From: a virus
Lineage: Duplodnaviria > Caudoviricetes
Virus record (IMG/VR): IMGVR_UViG_3300020577_012633
Location: 32,001 to 96,000 of that record
Length of the DNA: 64,000 nt
Reading direction: 5' to 3' (one strand)
The notes under the pieces were generated by a model. That model saw nothing but the letters and a program-made list of their open reading frames with translations. It did no database searches and had not been told where the DNA came from. Position 1 is the stretch's first letter; each line of letters opens with the position of its first letter. Shown in pieces: positions 63,914-64,000 of the stretch. The translations under genes were made by a program, and so were the position numbers.

Positions 63914-64000
63914 AGGGGTTGACGGGACTCGAACCCGCATCTTCTTCGTTATGAACAGATGCTTTCGGCTTATTACGCCTTTTCCTTGGAGTCTTTTCTA
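63914..64000 (-). ncRNA. 3' part of a tRNA-like RNA (5' part beyond the window)
   Basis: T arm GCGGG-TTCGAGT-CCCGT and acceptor 3' strand CAACCCC; no complementary GGGGTTG within the 87 nt visible. Confidence 0.5.

Noticed and set aside
1-64000. Genome-wide TAG reassignment
   Set aside because: Conserved genes are intact under code 11 and at least six end in TAG; I found in-frame TAG only in the Pth2-like gene. Recoding of genes outside this window is not excluded.
63914-64000. tmRNA 3' end
   Set aside because: Acceptor strand CAACCCC-T lacks the U70 and A73 alanine identity elements

Overview
AT-rich, gene-dense segment, almost all on the minus strand, most consistent with a very large (jumbo/huge) bacteriophage genome. 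There are no ribosomal-protein or other core cellular operons. There are many short hypothetical genes, free-standing HNH endonucleases and a tRNA cluster. Host-like enzymes include LysRS, TyrRS, EF-Ts, NAMPT, PRPP synthetase, CysC, a PurA-like protein, LigA, UvsE, a WGR-PARP, NADAR, two RNA ligases and a SpoU methylase. A porin and an xPxPG sorting-signal-like tail weakly suggest a Planctomycetota (Phycisphaerae-like) host. The most striking content is missing from the ORF track. (1) A minimal ~228-nt RNase P RNA with a compensatorily rewritten P4 helix and almost no specificity domain (47826-48053). (2) A Pth2-like peptidyl-tRNA hydrolase gene with two in-frame TAG codons, ~2 kb from an amber (CUA) suppressor tRNA. 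Its frame also stays open across an 807-nt insertion carrying an antisense HNH gene (39252-40421). (3) A Ro60/TROVE gene (window start, truncated) downstream of an array of Y-RNA-like modules. One module is a tRNA whose anticodon arm is replaced by a Y stem, and the array also contains an unidentified ~260-nt structured RNA (1441-2150). Two recurring intergenic motifs (YYCTAGACTT and GYCGATA) look like promoter classes. All calls come from manual motif and pairing inspection; no searches were run.
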